In this document: piece by piece, positions 48,101 to 61,245 of the stretch
Numbering within the stretch: the first letter of the stretch is position 1
How the letters are laid out: each line of letters opens with the position of its first letter
Assembly: GCF_036321535.1 (NCBI RefSeq)
Contig: NC_087437.1
Location: 20,276,001-20,340,000, forward strand
From: Camelus dromedarius
Lineage: Eukaryota
Reading direction: 5' to 3'
Length of the DNA stretch: 64,000 nt
The notes under the pieces: model-generated
What the model saw: only the letters and a program-made list of their open reading frames with translations
Databases searched by the model: none
What the model was told of the DNA's origin: nothing
Position numbers and translations under genes: made by a program

Positions 48101-48806
48101 GGTGGGACTGTAATTTGGTGCAGCCACTATAGAAAACAACATGGAGATTGCTTTAAAAATTAAAAATAAAGTTACCCTATGATCCAGCAACCCCACTCCT
48201 GGGCACATATCCAGAGAAAATTCTAACTCAAAAAGATACATGAACCCCAATGTTCACAGCAGCACTATTTACAATAGCCAAGACACGGAAACAACCTAAA
48301 TGTCCATTGACAGATGACTGGATAAAGAAGTTGTGGTATATTTATACAATGGAATACTACTCAGCCATGAAAAAGAATTTAATAATGCCATTTGCAGCAA
48401 CATGGATAGACCTAAAGATTGTCATACTAAGTGAAGTAAGACAGACAAAGACAGGTATCGTTATGATACCACTTACATATAGAATCTAAAAAAAAATAAC
48501 ATAAATGAATTTATTTACAAAACAGAAAGAGACTCACACACATAGAAAACAAACCTATGGTTACAAGGGGAAAGGGGTTGGGAGGGATGAATTAGGAGTC
48601 TTGGATAAGAAAATACAAACTACTATATATAAAATAGATAAACAACAAAATTCTACTGTATAGCACAGGGAACTACATTCAATATTTTGGAACAACCTAT
48701 ATTGAAAAAGAATATATGTGTCTGTATGTGTGTGTGTAACTGGATCACTATGCAACAGAAATTAACACAACATTGTAAATCAACTATACTTCAATAAAAA
48801 TAAAAA
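48101..48806 (+). mobile_element. Cetartiodactyl-type L1 3' end (ORF2 C-terminus, 3' UTR, A-tail)
   Basis: ORF 48250-48489 MFTAALFTIAKTRKQPKCPLTDDWIKKLWYIYTMEYYSA...FAATWIDL is the L1 ORF2 end. Finishes caactatacttcaataaaaataaaaa. Confidence 0.93.
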
Positions 48807-51461
48807 TTGATAAGAGGCCAAACGAGGAATTCTGGCAAGGCTTTAGTGGGACTCGTGCTGCAGCATGCATACAGTTATATTTAGTCTCTTACAGTTTCTT
48901 TGTATTCTGTTGCTCAAGGAGATGTTTGTCCAAGTGCAAGCACTGCATTGAAGGGTCCTGGGTCCCAGGTCCCAGGTCCCAGCCTGCCTCATATCCACTG
49001 TCTTAGCTTGTGCCTGGCACCTCAGCACTTGCCCAGTGAAGAAAAGAAGCACAAGCTTGTAAGCTGGTTCTATTACTACTTCCCTACCCCTGTGACTCCC
49101 CAAGTCTTGCCACAGTTTATTCCTCTGCAAATGTGGAATCCCTTCTTGTCCCAAGGGCTGAATTATCTGGAGCTGGGTGATCTGCCAAGACTCCTGCCAG
49201 CTCATCAACCCTGCAGAAGCAGCCTGCACTCCACAGTCTACAAGGTCTAGCAGAGTCCCATCTCTGTGATTGGGTCATTGAAGTTACGCTAACGTTACAG
49301 AAATAAATAATCCCCTGAAATACAATCCCCTAGAGCATGTTCCCACTTGGTGGACAGTTATAGGTTCGTGAAACTGAGAGCTTCTCACTGATCTCTAAAA
49401 CAGCAGAGCAGCGAGCAGCCTCCTCCTCTTCTACTGTGGGCGCCTCAGAAAGGGCTGCTCAGGGAGGATGCTCAGGCTCCCATCTGGCCAGGTCTTCACA
49501 GCCGTTTTCCTCTTGGCTGCCTGAGTCCAAGCCCAGAGCTGTTACGATTCCTCCTGCGTCAGGGCTTCAGAAGACTGTTAAAGGCGTTTTCTCCTGGGTA
49601 CTTGTAAATGGCCCCGGGACACTGTTGCAATGACTTGCTTCAATCACTGCCTTCTGAAGGGAGGCTGCCAACTTGATCATTCCTTTGAAGGTTCCCATTC
49701 TGCTGCTTTCTCCCACCTACCCAAGGGCTGAGCAAAAGCTGGGCTGGGAACCAGGCCTCCACCTTGTGGACCAACCCCACAGCCAGGGCAGGAAAGGACA
49801 TTCATATCGAGCATGCATCTATCAGAAAAAACTACATACTGAAGGCTCCCCAGCCTTTTCTGCTCTGATAGAAATAACTATGCGGCACCTCTAGTGAAAC
49901 AATAACCCTGACAGGGCACTAGCACAACCTAAATGCTTTATTTTTTTTGTAATTAATCATCTCAACAACCTGGGAAGTTGTACTATTATCCACCTCATAT
50001 TGCAGATGTGGAAATTGAGGCCCAGATGGACTAAGTGATTTGCCCAAGGGCAAACAGCTTGTAATAATATTACAAAGGACACTTAGACCCTGTGCTTAAC
50101 ATGGTTTTCTTAATTGTACAGTAACAGTGATGACAGCAACCGCACCTACTTGGGACCAGACCCTGTGCTAAGGCAATGCCAGGAGGGTCCAAGATGGGAA
50201 GGACCATATTCTCCTCCTACTGCCTTCAAGGAGCTCAAGGGGGCAGGAGGTGGTGGGCACAGGGACACACACCTTTGAGCAGGGGATTTACAACAGTGAA
50301 AATACAAACACAACGCGTGTTAATGGATGGAAGGCTGGCCAAGTAAGGAAATGTTTGCAAAAGCAAGTCTAAAAAGGAGCTATTTTGCTTCCCACACTCA
50401 TTTTCTACAGAAATACTTCCATGTGACATTTCAGATGGAGCTGGTTTTAAAGAAGGATGGGAAAACAGAGAGGTACAGAAGCAGCATCAAATCTTCATTT
50501 CTATCTGTCTTTCCCTATTATTCTTCATAGCAACTCCCATTCTATTATATTATTCCCATTCAATCATCTCGATTTCTCAGGTTAAAAAAAAACCAAAAAA
50601 ATAAGGTTCAGAGAGGTTAAGAGACCAGAGCCAGGCAACACAGCAGAACCCAAATCTGAATGCAGGTCTGTAAAATCGCCAAGTTCTAGAATGCAGCTGC
50701 TGTCTGATGGAGGGACCACCACACAGGACCTGGGACCTGAGAAAACCCACAGCTGATGGGAGATTTGAGAGACTGGAGCCTTATTTCTCTCCTGCTGGCC
50801 CATAGCTGCTTCACCTCACCAGCTCCAAGACTCATCACCACCAGCATCCTAGCCTGAGCTCAGCTCTCTGGGGATCGTGTCTCAGGAGCCTGGTGACTCA
50901 GGACCTCCTCTCTAAATTCTTATTAAGCACTCTAGATTTAATAGCTGCTATTAATACAAATTATGCTTCATTAAGCATGAAGCTAAGGAGAACTCAGCTC
51001 AGAGGCTCTGGTTCGATACAGGGCTGAAGGACAAACAGAACGGCTATTTTTAATCCTGGCAATGTCAGTGGGGAGAGAGCAGCCTGACACCGCACGTGAC
51101 TGTAGCTACTGCTGCAAATTGAGTTTTCCATGTTTCAAATAAATATCTCTTGTTTTCTGCTCAAGGTGTATGAGAGAGGTAAACCTTTCAGTCTTTGAGG
51201 GATGATGAGACCCAGAACATTTTTCCCTTCAGAATTTGTTTTTTCTAGAAAGCCCGAAAACGAGCAGGGAGGGAGAAGCTTTCAACAGGTCCCCTAGCAG
51301 CCACTGTCCCCACAGCTCCGAGGCGGCTCTGGTTCTCTGGGGCTGGCGGGTTAGCGATGTTTGCCGTGCTGACCTTGCTGTTTCCTTGCTGGTGTACAGA
51401 CCGAGGTATATCCAGAGGCAGCTCAAGAAGAGGCAAAAATCACACCTGTGTTATGCTAGAT

Positions 51462-51685
51462 CAAAGGTCAGCAAATGTTTCCTATAGGGGACCAAAGGGT
51501 AAACATTTTAGATTTTGTAGGCCCTGTGTCTCCACTGCAAATATTCAACCATACCCTTGTCACACAAAAGCAGTCATGAGAGCACATGTTAAGGAATGCT
51601 CAGAACAGTGTTCCAATAAAATTTTATTTACAAAACTAGGGGGTGGGCTAGATTGGCCCCGTGGGCTGTAGAGTCTCCCACCTCT
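51462..51685. mobile_element. MER58A-like hAT MITE
   Basis: ggtcagcaaa...gtaaacattttagattttgtaggcc...aaagcagtcat...gtgttccaataaaattttatttacaaaac...ttggcccc. Confidence 0.8.
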
Positions 51686-52094
51686 AATTCAAATTTTCTT
51701 CACCGTCTTAGTTGTTTTTGCAATGGGTGTAACCTTGGCCTTTTATGAACATGCTTTTATCAGCTATATCTGTTTACCCACCAAGTTGTGACAATCGGCA
51801 CTCTTTAAAAAAAAAAGGAAATGTCTGTACATGATACTAGTGCAGGATTATAGAATTACAGTGTTTGAATTGGTTGGATTTACTTACTATCTCCAATATG
51901 CTCCAACAAAGTCTGTGATACGCATTCATGGGGGTGCAATTTGCAGTCAGCACTTTTGCTCAGAAACCAGTTTGCCTGCTTTTATATTTTATATCGTATG
52001 TGATCATTTTTATTTGTTCTAAGAATCTGACAATCTATGAGTGCACTGCAATGAGTTCTGCTAATGAAATGCCCAGTTTATCCCCTGTGGTAGG

Positions 52095-52614
52095 TATATT
52101 AGTGTTCTCCAGAGAAGCAGATCCAATAGGAGACATATAGAAAGATACAGATCCAGATACTGACAGAGATCCAGATAGATGTATGATACTGGCTCATGCA
52201 ATTACGGAGGCTGAGATGTCCCACAGTCGGCCATCAGCAACCTGGAGAAGCCAGGAAGACCAGCGGTGTAGTTCAAAAGCCTATGAGCCTGAGAGCCAAT
52301 GGTGTAGGTTATAGTTCCAGCCTAAAGGTCTGAGAACCAGGGGCCCCAGGGCAGAAGATCATCATCCAGCTCCAACAGTCAAGCAGAGAGAGGACTCAAC
52401 CCTCCTGCACCTTTCTGCTCTATTCAGGCCCTTGACAGATTGGATGATGCCCACTCACACTGGGGGAAGAGCCACCTGCTTTACAGGAGGCCTCCAATTC
52501 AGAAGCTACACTCATCCAGAAACACCCTCGTCGACACATCCAGAAACCATGTGTAACCAGCAATCTGGGCATCTCAAGGCCCAGTGGAGTTGATACATAA
52601 AATTAACCATCATA
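52095..52614 (-). mobile_element. MLT2 (ERVL) solo LTR
   Basis: tatattagtgttctccagagaagcaga...tggctcatgcaattacggaggctgag...ttgatacataaaattaaccatcata. 5-bp TSD gtagg/atagg. Confidence 0.88.
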
Positions 52615-53509
52615 ATAGGTTAGATACTTGTTTGATGAGATTTGCTCTGGCCAGTGGGATGTTAAGAGTGCATTAAGGGAGGAGGGGCTTGAAATTACAG
52701 GCTTGGGCATGCCTTTCACCATAACTACACGCCAGTAAAATGGTAGAGCTGCTTCCAAGAGTATGTGAAGAACAGGGTTTGTATAGTCCATCAGCAATAA
52801 GGCTTTTTAAAAAAGAGTGCTGGAAATGAGATTGCTAGGGGGAAAAAATTTTTTTAAAGACAATTGCTATGACAGATCTAAAACTAGTTACTGTTTTCAT
52901 AGCAATAAAACCACAATTTGGGAGGGGGGAGCAGTCCTCCATCACACAGGATTACAAGTCAGCATGCAATTTTGCCATGTCTCCACCCTAACAAAGAGTA
53001 AATAGCAAGGTCAAACACAGGAACAGTCTTGTAAATAATTAAGTAATCCTTGGTTGAGCCTGTTAGCTATTAAAAGAACATCCTACATTTTGGCCTTATT
53101 TTCAAGCTTCAAGTAAATTTTCTTCACCGTCTGAGGGCTACACCACAATCGTGGAGAACAGTCTTGGGTTGTAAAGGAAAACTGTGTCCTGAATCTGCGT
53201 GCTCAGGAACTTCTTAGGTACCATAGACCTGGTGACACTCCCGCTGGTGTGGTCGCCCAGTGTAAATAAACCACCAGTTTTGTGCACCGTGTTGCCTCAG
53301 CTGTTCCACCCCGGCCGGGGATGAATGAGCAGAAACCCCAACAAGGAGGAAGGCACAGCTCATTCTCCCGAGCTGGTGGCTTTGGTAAATTGTCTCAGAC
53401 TCTGGCAGCCCACAGCTCTGCTGTGCTCCTTGACCTTGAGGTCAGCAAGGGGGTTTGAGCTCATGCAAATGGGTTTGGATGAGTAGTCAAAAGATTTATG
53501 GCCTTTGAT

Positions 53510-53670
53510 ATTTATTATGTTATATAAAATATGTATTATATTAATTATAGAATGTAGTTTTTATATAATTATATAATACCTAATCATCATGTGGTATCAT
53601 ATCATTATATCTGACATAATTATATAACATATTATAATAGAATATATTATAGATATTATATTTATATCTA
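53510..53670. repeat. AT-rich low-complexity (ATTAT-like) tract
   Basis: Seen directly. Confidence 0.75.
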
Positions 53671-54029
53671 GTATGGTGTCACCAGGCAAATACTGTAACA
53701 CCCCAAAACCTTCACAAAGATGCAAGTAATCACAAATATTTTTGTTCCTAATATTACAGTACCTTCTTTAGTTCTGTCCTTTCCTATGAACATAACATCC
53801 CTTAGAGGGGATCGGTGGGCACACGTAAACCAGGAACCTCACTCAGGCTGTCGTACACAGGCAGAGTTACACGCAGTTGGATTTATCTTGGTACACGGCC
53901 AAGCATCACTCATGCCTCACACATCCAGAACACTTACTTACCATGCGGTGCCAGACGGCCTTCCAGAAGCCTTCCTGAATCTCTCATGGCTTTGGTGGAA
54001 GCCTCAAGTTTCTTCTCAACAGACTGAAG

Positions 54030-54833
54030 ACAAGCAGTTGGCAAACTTTTGGTGCAAAGGGTCAGATAGTAAATGTGAGCCATATGATCTCTGTTGCAAC
54101 TATTTGACGTGGGTGTGAAAGTAGTGAAAGACACAAGTAAATAAATGCCTGGGGCTGTGGTTCAGCTGAGACAGAGGAAAGGGGGTAGGGCACAGCCATT
54201 AAAGGAATGACACAGCAATTGAAGATCTGACTCCCAGTAGACTTTGAGTTTCATTAGACGCTCACTGTAATACATTAGCATGGTGAATGACACACTCACA
54301 GGTGCCATTACAGCTCCAAGGTTGACCATAAAAGGTCAAGAAAGTGCATGGTGGTCCAATTCCTGCGAGTCCCAGCCCCTTCCCCAAAGTAGCTGGAATA
54401 ATCCTCCTACTTGTTAGCATATGAAGTTACCAAACCCATAAAACCTAACACCACCACGCTCCACAGCCTCTCACTCTCTGTCTCTCTCTCTCTCCTTCTG
54501 AGATAGCCCACACTCTATGGAATGTGTATCTATTTTCACTTTAAACTAAACACCCCCCATGCCTCATGGCTTCTCTGGCCTTCAGAGGCGGCCTACACTG
54601 TCTGTGGAATGTGCATCTCTGAATAAATATACTTTTACATAATTATGACATGGTCTTGAATTCTTTCCTGTGAAAAGCCAAGGACTCTCATTTGGCGGGG
54701 GCATGTCCCAGGGATTCACAGGAGATGTGGGACACAACCATCCTCTCGTGCCCCATTTTCCTGTATCACAGTCATTTACGAGAACAGGTGGCAAGCTGAA
54801 TTTGGCCCATGATCTGTATTTCGTAAACCCCTG
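54030..54833. mobile_element. MER58A-like MITE split by an LTR insertion
   Basis: Left half ttggcaaactttt...aaagggtcagatagtaaat...ggctgtggttc. Right half atttacgagaacaggtggc...atttggccca...aaacccctg. Confidence 0.75.
54167..54768 (+). mobile_element. Complete ERV1 solo LTR (MER41-like), 602 bp
   Basis: TGAGAC...TATCA termini and a 4-bp TSD cagc/cagt. MER41-like text cattagcatg...tgaccataaaaggtcaa...tagcatat...cccataaaa and gaataaa...ttgaattctttcctgtg..aagccaagga. Confidence 0.78.
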
Positions 54834-56265
54834 CCCTAAACTACAGCAGGCTCCCTGCTCTGACAAAGACACTCTTGTGGTTGCAGAACCCTGACATGCC
54901 ACTTCTTACCCTCCTGTACCTACATCCTTAAAGCAAAGTAAACTGCCGGTTTGTTTTCCCCACCATCTGTGTGAGGTCTGTCGTTTACATGCATGAGCAC
55001 AAACATCCCCTCACCTGAGCAGCAGCGGAGGGGCTGCAGACCTCAGGAACTCCTAACAAGTGGGCAAGGGAAGTGGGAAGGCTGGGAGATGATGAGGTGC
55101 AGCAGGAGACAGAGCCTTAGAGCTTTGGGCTGTGGTTCAACTCATCAGAGAGTCAGATCCCGCAGAGATGGCTTCAAAGGCGTAGTCCCAGCTGGCGGGG
55201 CGAGGAGGCGGGGCGTGCCACACTGAGCTCACAGAGGAGGAGGTGTGGGGCCGAGGCAGCCCTTGGCTGGTCCCAAACCAGCCCCAAGGCCAGCAGGATG
55301 TGAACATGAAGGTGGAAATGGTCAGACTCTGAGCTGGGGCCTGAGCAGCAGTCAGAAGCTGAGCGGCTGTGAAGCTGGAGCCCAGGTTGTGAGGACGGAG
55401 TAAAGAGATGGCAGGTGCAGTCCCGCAAAGTCGCAGCCGAAGCCCGTCTGCCTGAACACAGCAGACCAGGAGCTGGGAAAATTCCAGCAATGGACACTTC
55501 AGAGAGCCCTATCAGAAGCTGCCCTCAAGTCTCCTTAGAAAAGCTTCATTAGTAAACTGTATAGATCTAACCTTTTATCTTTGGGGGAAAAAAAAAAAAG
55601 TAGAAAGAAAAAAATCCTGAAAACAAGGTCTTTGAAATGCTGAACTTCAATCCCCTTGGAAAAGCTGCTAGTAAATAAACTATACAGAGCTACCTTTTTT
55701 TTTCCTTTGAGAGAAAGAGGGGAAAATGAGTTCTGAGAATAAGACCTTTGAAAGAAAGTCTTTGAAACGACCCTACCTCTGTTCCTGATCTGGCCCAGCC
55801 AGTCTAGGAAAGCCAATAATAAACAAATCAGTGCAGGTAAAACTGAAAGTGTTATTTGCTTGCTGTTTTAACTTAATCTGTAAAAGATGTCCTCCCAGGG
55901 GAAAGTTACAGAAGAGACCCTCCAGTTCCCTCCACCTGCCAACCCTCTCCCCACCCTAGGCCTTGTGCAGTAGATATGAAGACCCCCTTGGGCAGGGAAG
56001 AAGGATTTATGGGTCAAGGGTTGATATCTGACCCCTGTCATTTCCAAAGAGTAAATCACATTCCAATGAAAATTAACCTAGACTAAATATCAATACTCTC
56101 CACAACTGCCATAGTGTAGCTAATTCAAGTTTTAAGGAACAAAAATTCTGGCTTTGGTGGCTGGTTCTGGAGTTTAGGTTCACATGGAAAGTATATCTGG
56201 ACTCAAACTCTGCCCTCAAGTATTAATAAGCTGAATAAGCAGCAGTGTCCTTTCCAGGTAAGTAT

Positions 56266-56350
56266 CTTTTTTTTTATTGGAGGTTCTGGGGATTGAACCT
56301 AAGACCTCATGTATGTTAAGCATGAGCTCTACCACTGAGCTATATCCTCT
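56266..56350 (-). mobile_element. tRNA-Ala-derived camelid SINE (Vic-1-type, short form)
   Basis: Reverse complement reads ATAGCTCAGTGGTAGAGC...GGTTCAATCCCC plus an A-tail. 13-bp TSD tccaggtaagtat (56253-56265) / ttcaagtaagtat (56351-56363). Confidence 0.9.
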
Positions 56351-56934
56351 TTCAAGTAAGTATGTTGTGGAGGCTCTTTGCTTGTGTCTTGTTCTGAGCT
56401 TCACCTGTGCCTCACACATCCAGAAGGGTTACACAAGCTGGCCCCCTCCTTACCCCTCCAGCCCACATCCTTCCAATCAAGTAAACTTTATCTCCATTAA
56501 AGTTGTGTGAATTTGATCACATACCCAACACATGTTTCCATCCCATAATTTAAAACAGAAAGAAGAGTGGGACTTGGATCAAGGTAGAATTGTGAGCCTT
56601 CTTTTTTCCCTCCAATCTTAGCATTCAATAATGACAGATGAAATATAAAAAGAAACTGCTAAAACCATAGCCACGTTCAAAATCGGGATGACTCTATCAG
56701 TGTGAAACAGAAGAGAAATCCAAAGCAGTAAGTAGAAGCTAGAACTGCTGTCCTGCTAAACTCTGGGTTAGTCTGGGATGTCTGAGGGTTTCATTCTTAC
56801 AGATTGAGTGGGAAGTATATGTGTTAACACCATGTAAGTGACCCGAGCCAGCTCACTGCTCAGGACTCTTAGGAAAAAGTTTCTTCCAAATAAAGCACTC
56901 ATGGGAAAAAGTTTTCATTTTCTGTCTACATCTC

Positions 56935-57160
56935 CCATCCCACCTGGGATGTTACTGTGCAAAGACAGGATGTCTGAAGTTGAAACAGCCTCTTGCATCT
57001 ATTGAGGAAAAGGAGATGACCTGGAATCCTGATATTGCTGGACCACTCAGTGAACCCTGGACCACCCAGCCTCTGTACTTCTGAAGTAAATAATAAATGT
57101 CATATGGCTTAACCAATGTTGTTTGGATCTCCTCTTACATGAAGTCAAATGCATCCTAGG
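56935..57160 (+). mobile_element. MLT1-type LTR 3' part
   Basis: ccctggaccacc...aataaatgtccatatggcttaacca...gtcaaatgcatccta. Confidence 0.6.
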
Positions 57161-57589
57161 GTATGCGATAGGGTATGAATTCACACAAATGAAATAGGGT
57201 ATGTGTGTGTGTGCACAGGAGATGGGACAAGACCTCCCTCTTAAGATGAGTCTGCAAACAGAAATTCCAAAACACACGAGGAAATCAAATGCAATACAAG
57301 ACAGAAAACAAAACAAACTAATGAATAATTAAACATGAATTCATTCCAGATGAAAGTAAAATTATAGATGGCCTGACAATGAATTTAAATAAATGTTTAG
57401 AAGCCTCAGTGACAAGAAATATCAATAAAAGGGATAGAAATTATGAGGTAAAGTCAGGCAGAAGTTAAAATAATAGTAAACCATTGAAAAACAAATTTGA
57501 AATCTTGAAACCTAAATATATATTTATTGAAATAAACTCCATATAAGTACACTCTACACTGGGCACAATATAGGAACTGACTCAGAGGG

Positions 57590-57790
57590 AAAATAAATAA
57601 GTCATGGGGATGTATTACAGCATAGAGAATATATTCAATAATATTGTAATAACTTTGTATGGTGACAGATGGTTATTAGACTTATTGCGGTCATCAATAT
57701 ATAATGTATATAAATGTTGAATCACTATATTTACACCTAAAACTGATATAATGTTGTATTTCAACTGCAATTTCAAAAAGAAAAATAAAA
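57590..57790 (+). mobile_element. L1MA-type 3' end inserted in older L1-like sequence (~57240-58100)
   Basis: aataagtcatggggatgta...caataatattgtaataactttgtatggtgacagatggt...gaatcactat...A-tail. Confidence 0.8.
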
Positions 57791-58523
57791 AGGATTCTCA
57801 GAGAAAATGACCTGGAGAATAACCTAACAGAGATAATTATCAGAGCAGTTAAGAGACATGGAGGGTAATGAAGAAGTAATATTTGAGAGAGAAAAGTAGA
57901 ATGCTCCCAGGATTTAAGAGACACGTAAGTTTGCAAATTAAAAGTTTGCTCTGAACACAAAGCAAGATAAACACAAATTAATCCAAAAAAGTAGGCATAT
58001 TATCGTGAAAAAGATAAAGTGAAAAATCCTTAAAATACCCAGACCAAAAAAAAAAAAAAAGAAAGATTCCTAACTAAACAAGATGTGACAATCAGACTGC
58101 CCTGGGTTTGCTGGGCGCGCCCCTCGCTCTTCCTGAGCCATCCTCACTGCTCCTGTCTCAGCGCACTGCCTTTGCTAATAATACCTCTCGATCTTGATCC
58201 TGCCTGTAACTTTCTATTCCTCCCCAATTCCATTTTCCACGTTTCTTCAATATTATAAACCCATCTCCCTCATGACCTCAGCTTTTTTATTCATAGCCCC
58301 TCTTGTTCAATTCCATGTCAACCATTCTCTCTCCAAAACCTCATCCTTCTTTTATTCATACCTCTATTACTTTTCTAAATAGGATTTGTGGTACCTTTCA
58401 AATCTGTATAAAATAGACAAAAATGAGAAATTGATTAGCTACTATTAGCATAAAGCACTGAAGCCAAAATTCCTAAAAATATACATCACAGAGTCCTTCA
58501 TATTTATTAAGGTCACCTGGTTT

Positions 58524-58670
58524 TGCAAACTTTTTGTTTTGTTTTGTTGCAGGGGTGGATATTTAGGTTTATTTATTTACTTACTTATTTTAATGGAGGT
58601 ACTGGGGATTGAACCCAGGACCTCGTGCATGCTAAGCAAGCGCTCTACCACTGAGCTGTACCCTACCACA
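58524..58670 (-). mobile_element. tRNA-Ala-derived camelid SINE (Vic-1-type), full length
   Basis: Reverse complement CAGCTCAGTGGTAGAGCGCTTGCTTAGCATGCACGAGGTCCTGGGTTCAATCCCCAGTACCTCCA. Perfect 16-bp TSD taaggtcacctggttt at 58508-58523 and 58671-58686. Confidence 0.95.
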
Positions 58671-59099
58671 TAAGGTCACCTGGTTTGATAGGAGCTTCCA
58701 AACATTTAAAGCAAAAAAGAGAAATACATTCAGTATACTAAGCATTGTTTCCATAACACAGAAGTGTACGAGTTGGTAAAGAGAAGCATTTCCAAACAGA
58801 ACTCCGGGATACAGGACCCTACTGCAAGCTCTTTCTTGCTCCCACCCTCAATACCATTTCTACGGTGTTAGAGCCAAAGGATAGGCAGGCATTAGGTCAC
58901 AGAGATCCAATTCCCTAGTCACCCACGGAAGCCTCTGAAGCACTCAGATTGGAGCACAGAGCACAGTTTAGCCATGTAGCTTCTCCCATCAAGCCAGCCA
59001 CAGCTGACCAAGGCAGGCAAGCCCCCTGAACGAGCATCTTTGGTAGGCAGGGATCTAGCACATGTATAGCTCTTCACAGTCAATGCAGTCTGCGCAGCT

Positions 59100-59585
59100 C
59101 CTTTAAAGCATTTTTTCATTATTTTTCTCTTTTGTCTATTTTTAAGCATTTTAAGGATGCTTTAGTCAATTCCTCTAAGGGCATATCAATTTGACTTAGT
59201 AAAACTCTTTGAAATATTAAAGAAGACAACATTAAAAAAGATGCCTCAAACAATGTAGAAATTTCATAAAGGACCAAACTGTCCAATTTTGTGATATTAT
59301 GCAAAAATATTTAAGCATATATGTCATTAGATGAGACATATATGAAAAAAAAAAACTGGATTTCCCAATTGTGACAACAACCCTAAAAATTTACATGATG
59401 TTTCCAAAAATGAAGCCTTCAACCGAAAGAAATATTTCTAAAATTGTCAGCATTAAAAAGCAAATCTGGATCAACCATGCTAGAGGAAAGACTAAATTAC
59501 TATTTATTCACTGTGTAAACAGTATTACAAAATTATTGACATATGAGAAGGCCATCAAAGAGTATGTAGCCAAAACTGTACAGAC
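59100..59585 (+). mobile_element. hAT (Arthur1/Tip100-like) transposase C-terminal remnant
   Basis: ORF 59371-59589 (TTLKIYM...ERNISK...ITKLLTYEKAIKEY) and frameshifted tcaaccatgctagaggaaagacta (STMLEERL) resemble the hAT dimerisation domain. Confidence 0.72.
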
Positions 59586-60317
59586 ATAAGCTCAGGAAAA
59601 TCTCCTATTTATGAGATGAGGATGCTGAGGGCCAGAGCGGTTGCTGCATGTCCCCAACACCTAAGAAACTGGTCAGAGCTGGAAGCTGGACCTCCAACCC
59701 CTCAGCACAGGCCCCTGTCCCTAATCTAGCAGAGACATCTGCACACTGCACACTGCACACAGGGACACAGCTCAGATTCTGAGCACTAGTGGTTGGGTCC
59801 AAACCTGGCCCTGTGACTTGCCCTCCCACATCACTGTACCTCTCCAGGCAACTACTTTTTCCATTTGAAGACTGAATTAATAAATGAAGGATTCTTTGGC
59901 TTATAATACACATGCAAATCAAAGCATTCTGTCCACTGGCCAAGCATCTCCAACAGACTTGCAGGAACTCAGTGACTCCGAAGTATTAGCCTTCAATTTC
60001 TTCAGCTTCTTGGGTTTTAACCTTGAGGCCTATATAGATTAATGAAGTTGTTCCAAGTAGCAGCAAACGCTGGACTTCAGACTTTCCCTTGAAAGGTATT
60101 GTATTGAGGCTGCAGAGGCATTTAGATGACACTCTGTCATCCCTGTTTCCCAGCTTCCTAGGTTTTTTTCGGGTCATGTGCTAAAGACAACTTGTATGGA
60201 ACATAGTTCCTAAATGTAAGAGAGCTGATCACAGCCCAAATCAATCCCTGCTCCAGACCTCAAAGGAAGCCCCACCCTATCTGTCAAAATTGCTTCTCCT
60301 TTATCCATGTTACCAAC

Positions 60318-60658
60318 TGTGATGGTTAATTTTGTGTCAGCTTGGCTGGGCCATGGTACCCAGATATCTGGCCAAATATCATCCTGTATATTTTGGTGAG
60401 AGTGTTTTTGGATGAGGGTAACATTTAAATCAGTCAACTCTGAGTAAAGCACAATGTCCTCTATGGTGCGGTGGGCCTCATCCAATCAGTTGAAGGCCAG
60501 CATGGAACAAAAGACTGACCTTTCCCAGCAAGAAGGAATCCTGCAGCAGATGGCCTTCAGACTTGAACTGAAACATAGGTTCTTCTCTGAGTCTCCATAA
60601 TCATATGAGCCAATTCCTTAAAATAAAGATCTCTCTCAATCTCTCTTTCCATATATAT

Positions 60659-60708
<50 letters not shown>

Positions 60709-60766
60709 ACATATATATACATACATCCTATTGGTTCTGTTTCTCTGGAAAATCCTGACTAATACA
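60318..60766 (+). mobile_element. MLT2 (ERVL) solo LTR containing an (AC)n microsatellite (~60663-60710)
   Basis: TGTGATGGTTAATTTT...CCTGACTAATACA termini. 5-bp TSD ccaac/ccagc. Confidence 0.9.
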
Positions 60767-60894
60767 CCAGCTAAGATGGTTTAAAGTAGCATGTTCTTCA
60801 AAAATTCAATCCACTATTCCAGATCTTTGAATACAGCATATGGCAAAATTCCTTTTTTGGTTCTTAATCTTAGATTAAAAGAAAATTATATAGA

Positions 60895-61245
60895 CCAGAT
60901 GTTGCAAAACTCGGGGCCAAATCTAACCCACAGCATGTTTAGTTAGGCCCACAAAAAAATTGTTTTTAATTTTCAAACTAACAATTAGAAATCAGGATAG
61001 TTCACTTTTAAGATTCCCTTTAAATTCAGATTTCTGCTTCTGTTGGGAAATCACAGGAGCTGGCCCCATGGAGCTGCCCCCTCTGCTTGGCAGATCTTGG
61101 CTGGAGCTGAGAAGCTGCTGGTCCTTTAGATGGGGCGTGTTCCCCGTGACTCCATCCTTTATAACAGTCTGACACCTAGCTGTCTCCCTCTTCGACATCA
61201 CTTACCTACCTGGCTCCTGAAGGCATTTGGGTTTGTGATCTTTGA
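60895..61245. mobile_element. MER102-like hAT MITE
   Basis: gttgcaaaac..ggggccaaatct...tggccccatggagctg...aggcatttgggtttgtgatc. Confidence 0.6.

Noticed and set aside
55130..55480. GC-box-containing patch (ggcggggcg) as a promoter or CpG island
   Set aside because: Too short and CpG-sparse, no downstream exon found, and it may be an old LTR remnant.
58590..58665. tRNA-Ala gene
   Set aside because: A-rich tail and TSD show it is a SINE, and the acceptor stem is imperfect.
52095..60766. Pair of MLT2 LTRs ~8 kb apart as a possible provirus
   Set aside because: Opposite orientations, separate TSDs and no gag/pol sequence between them, so two independent solo LTRs.
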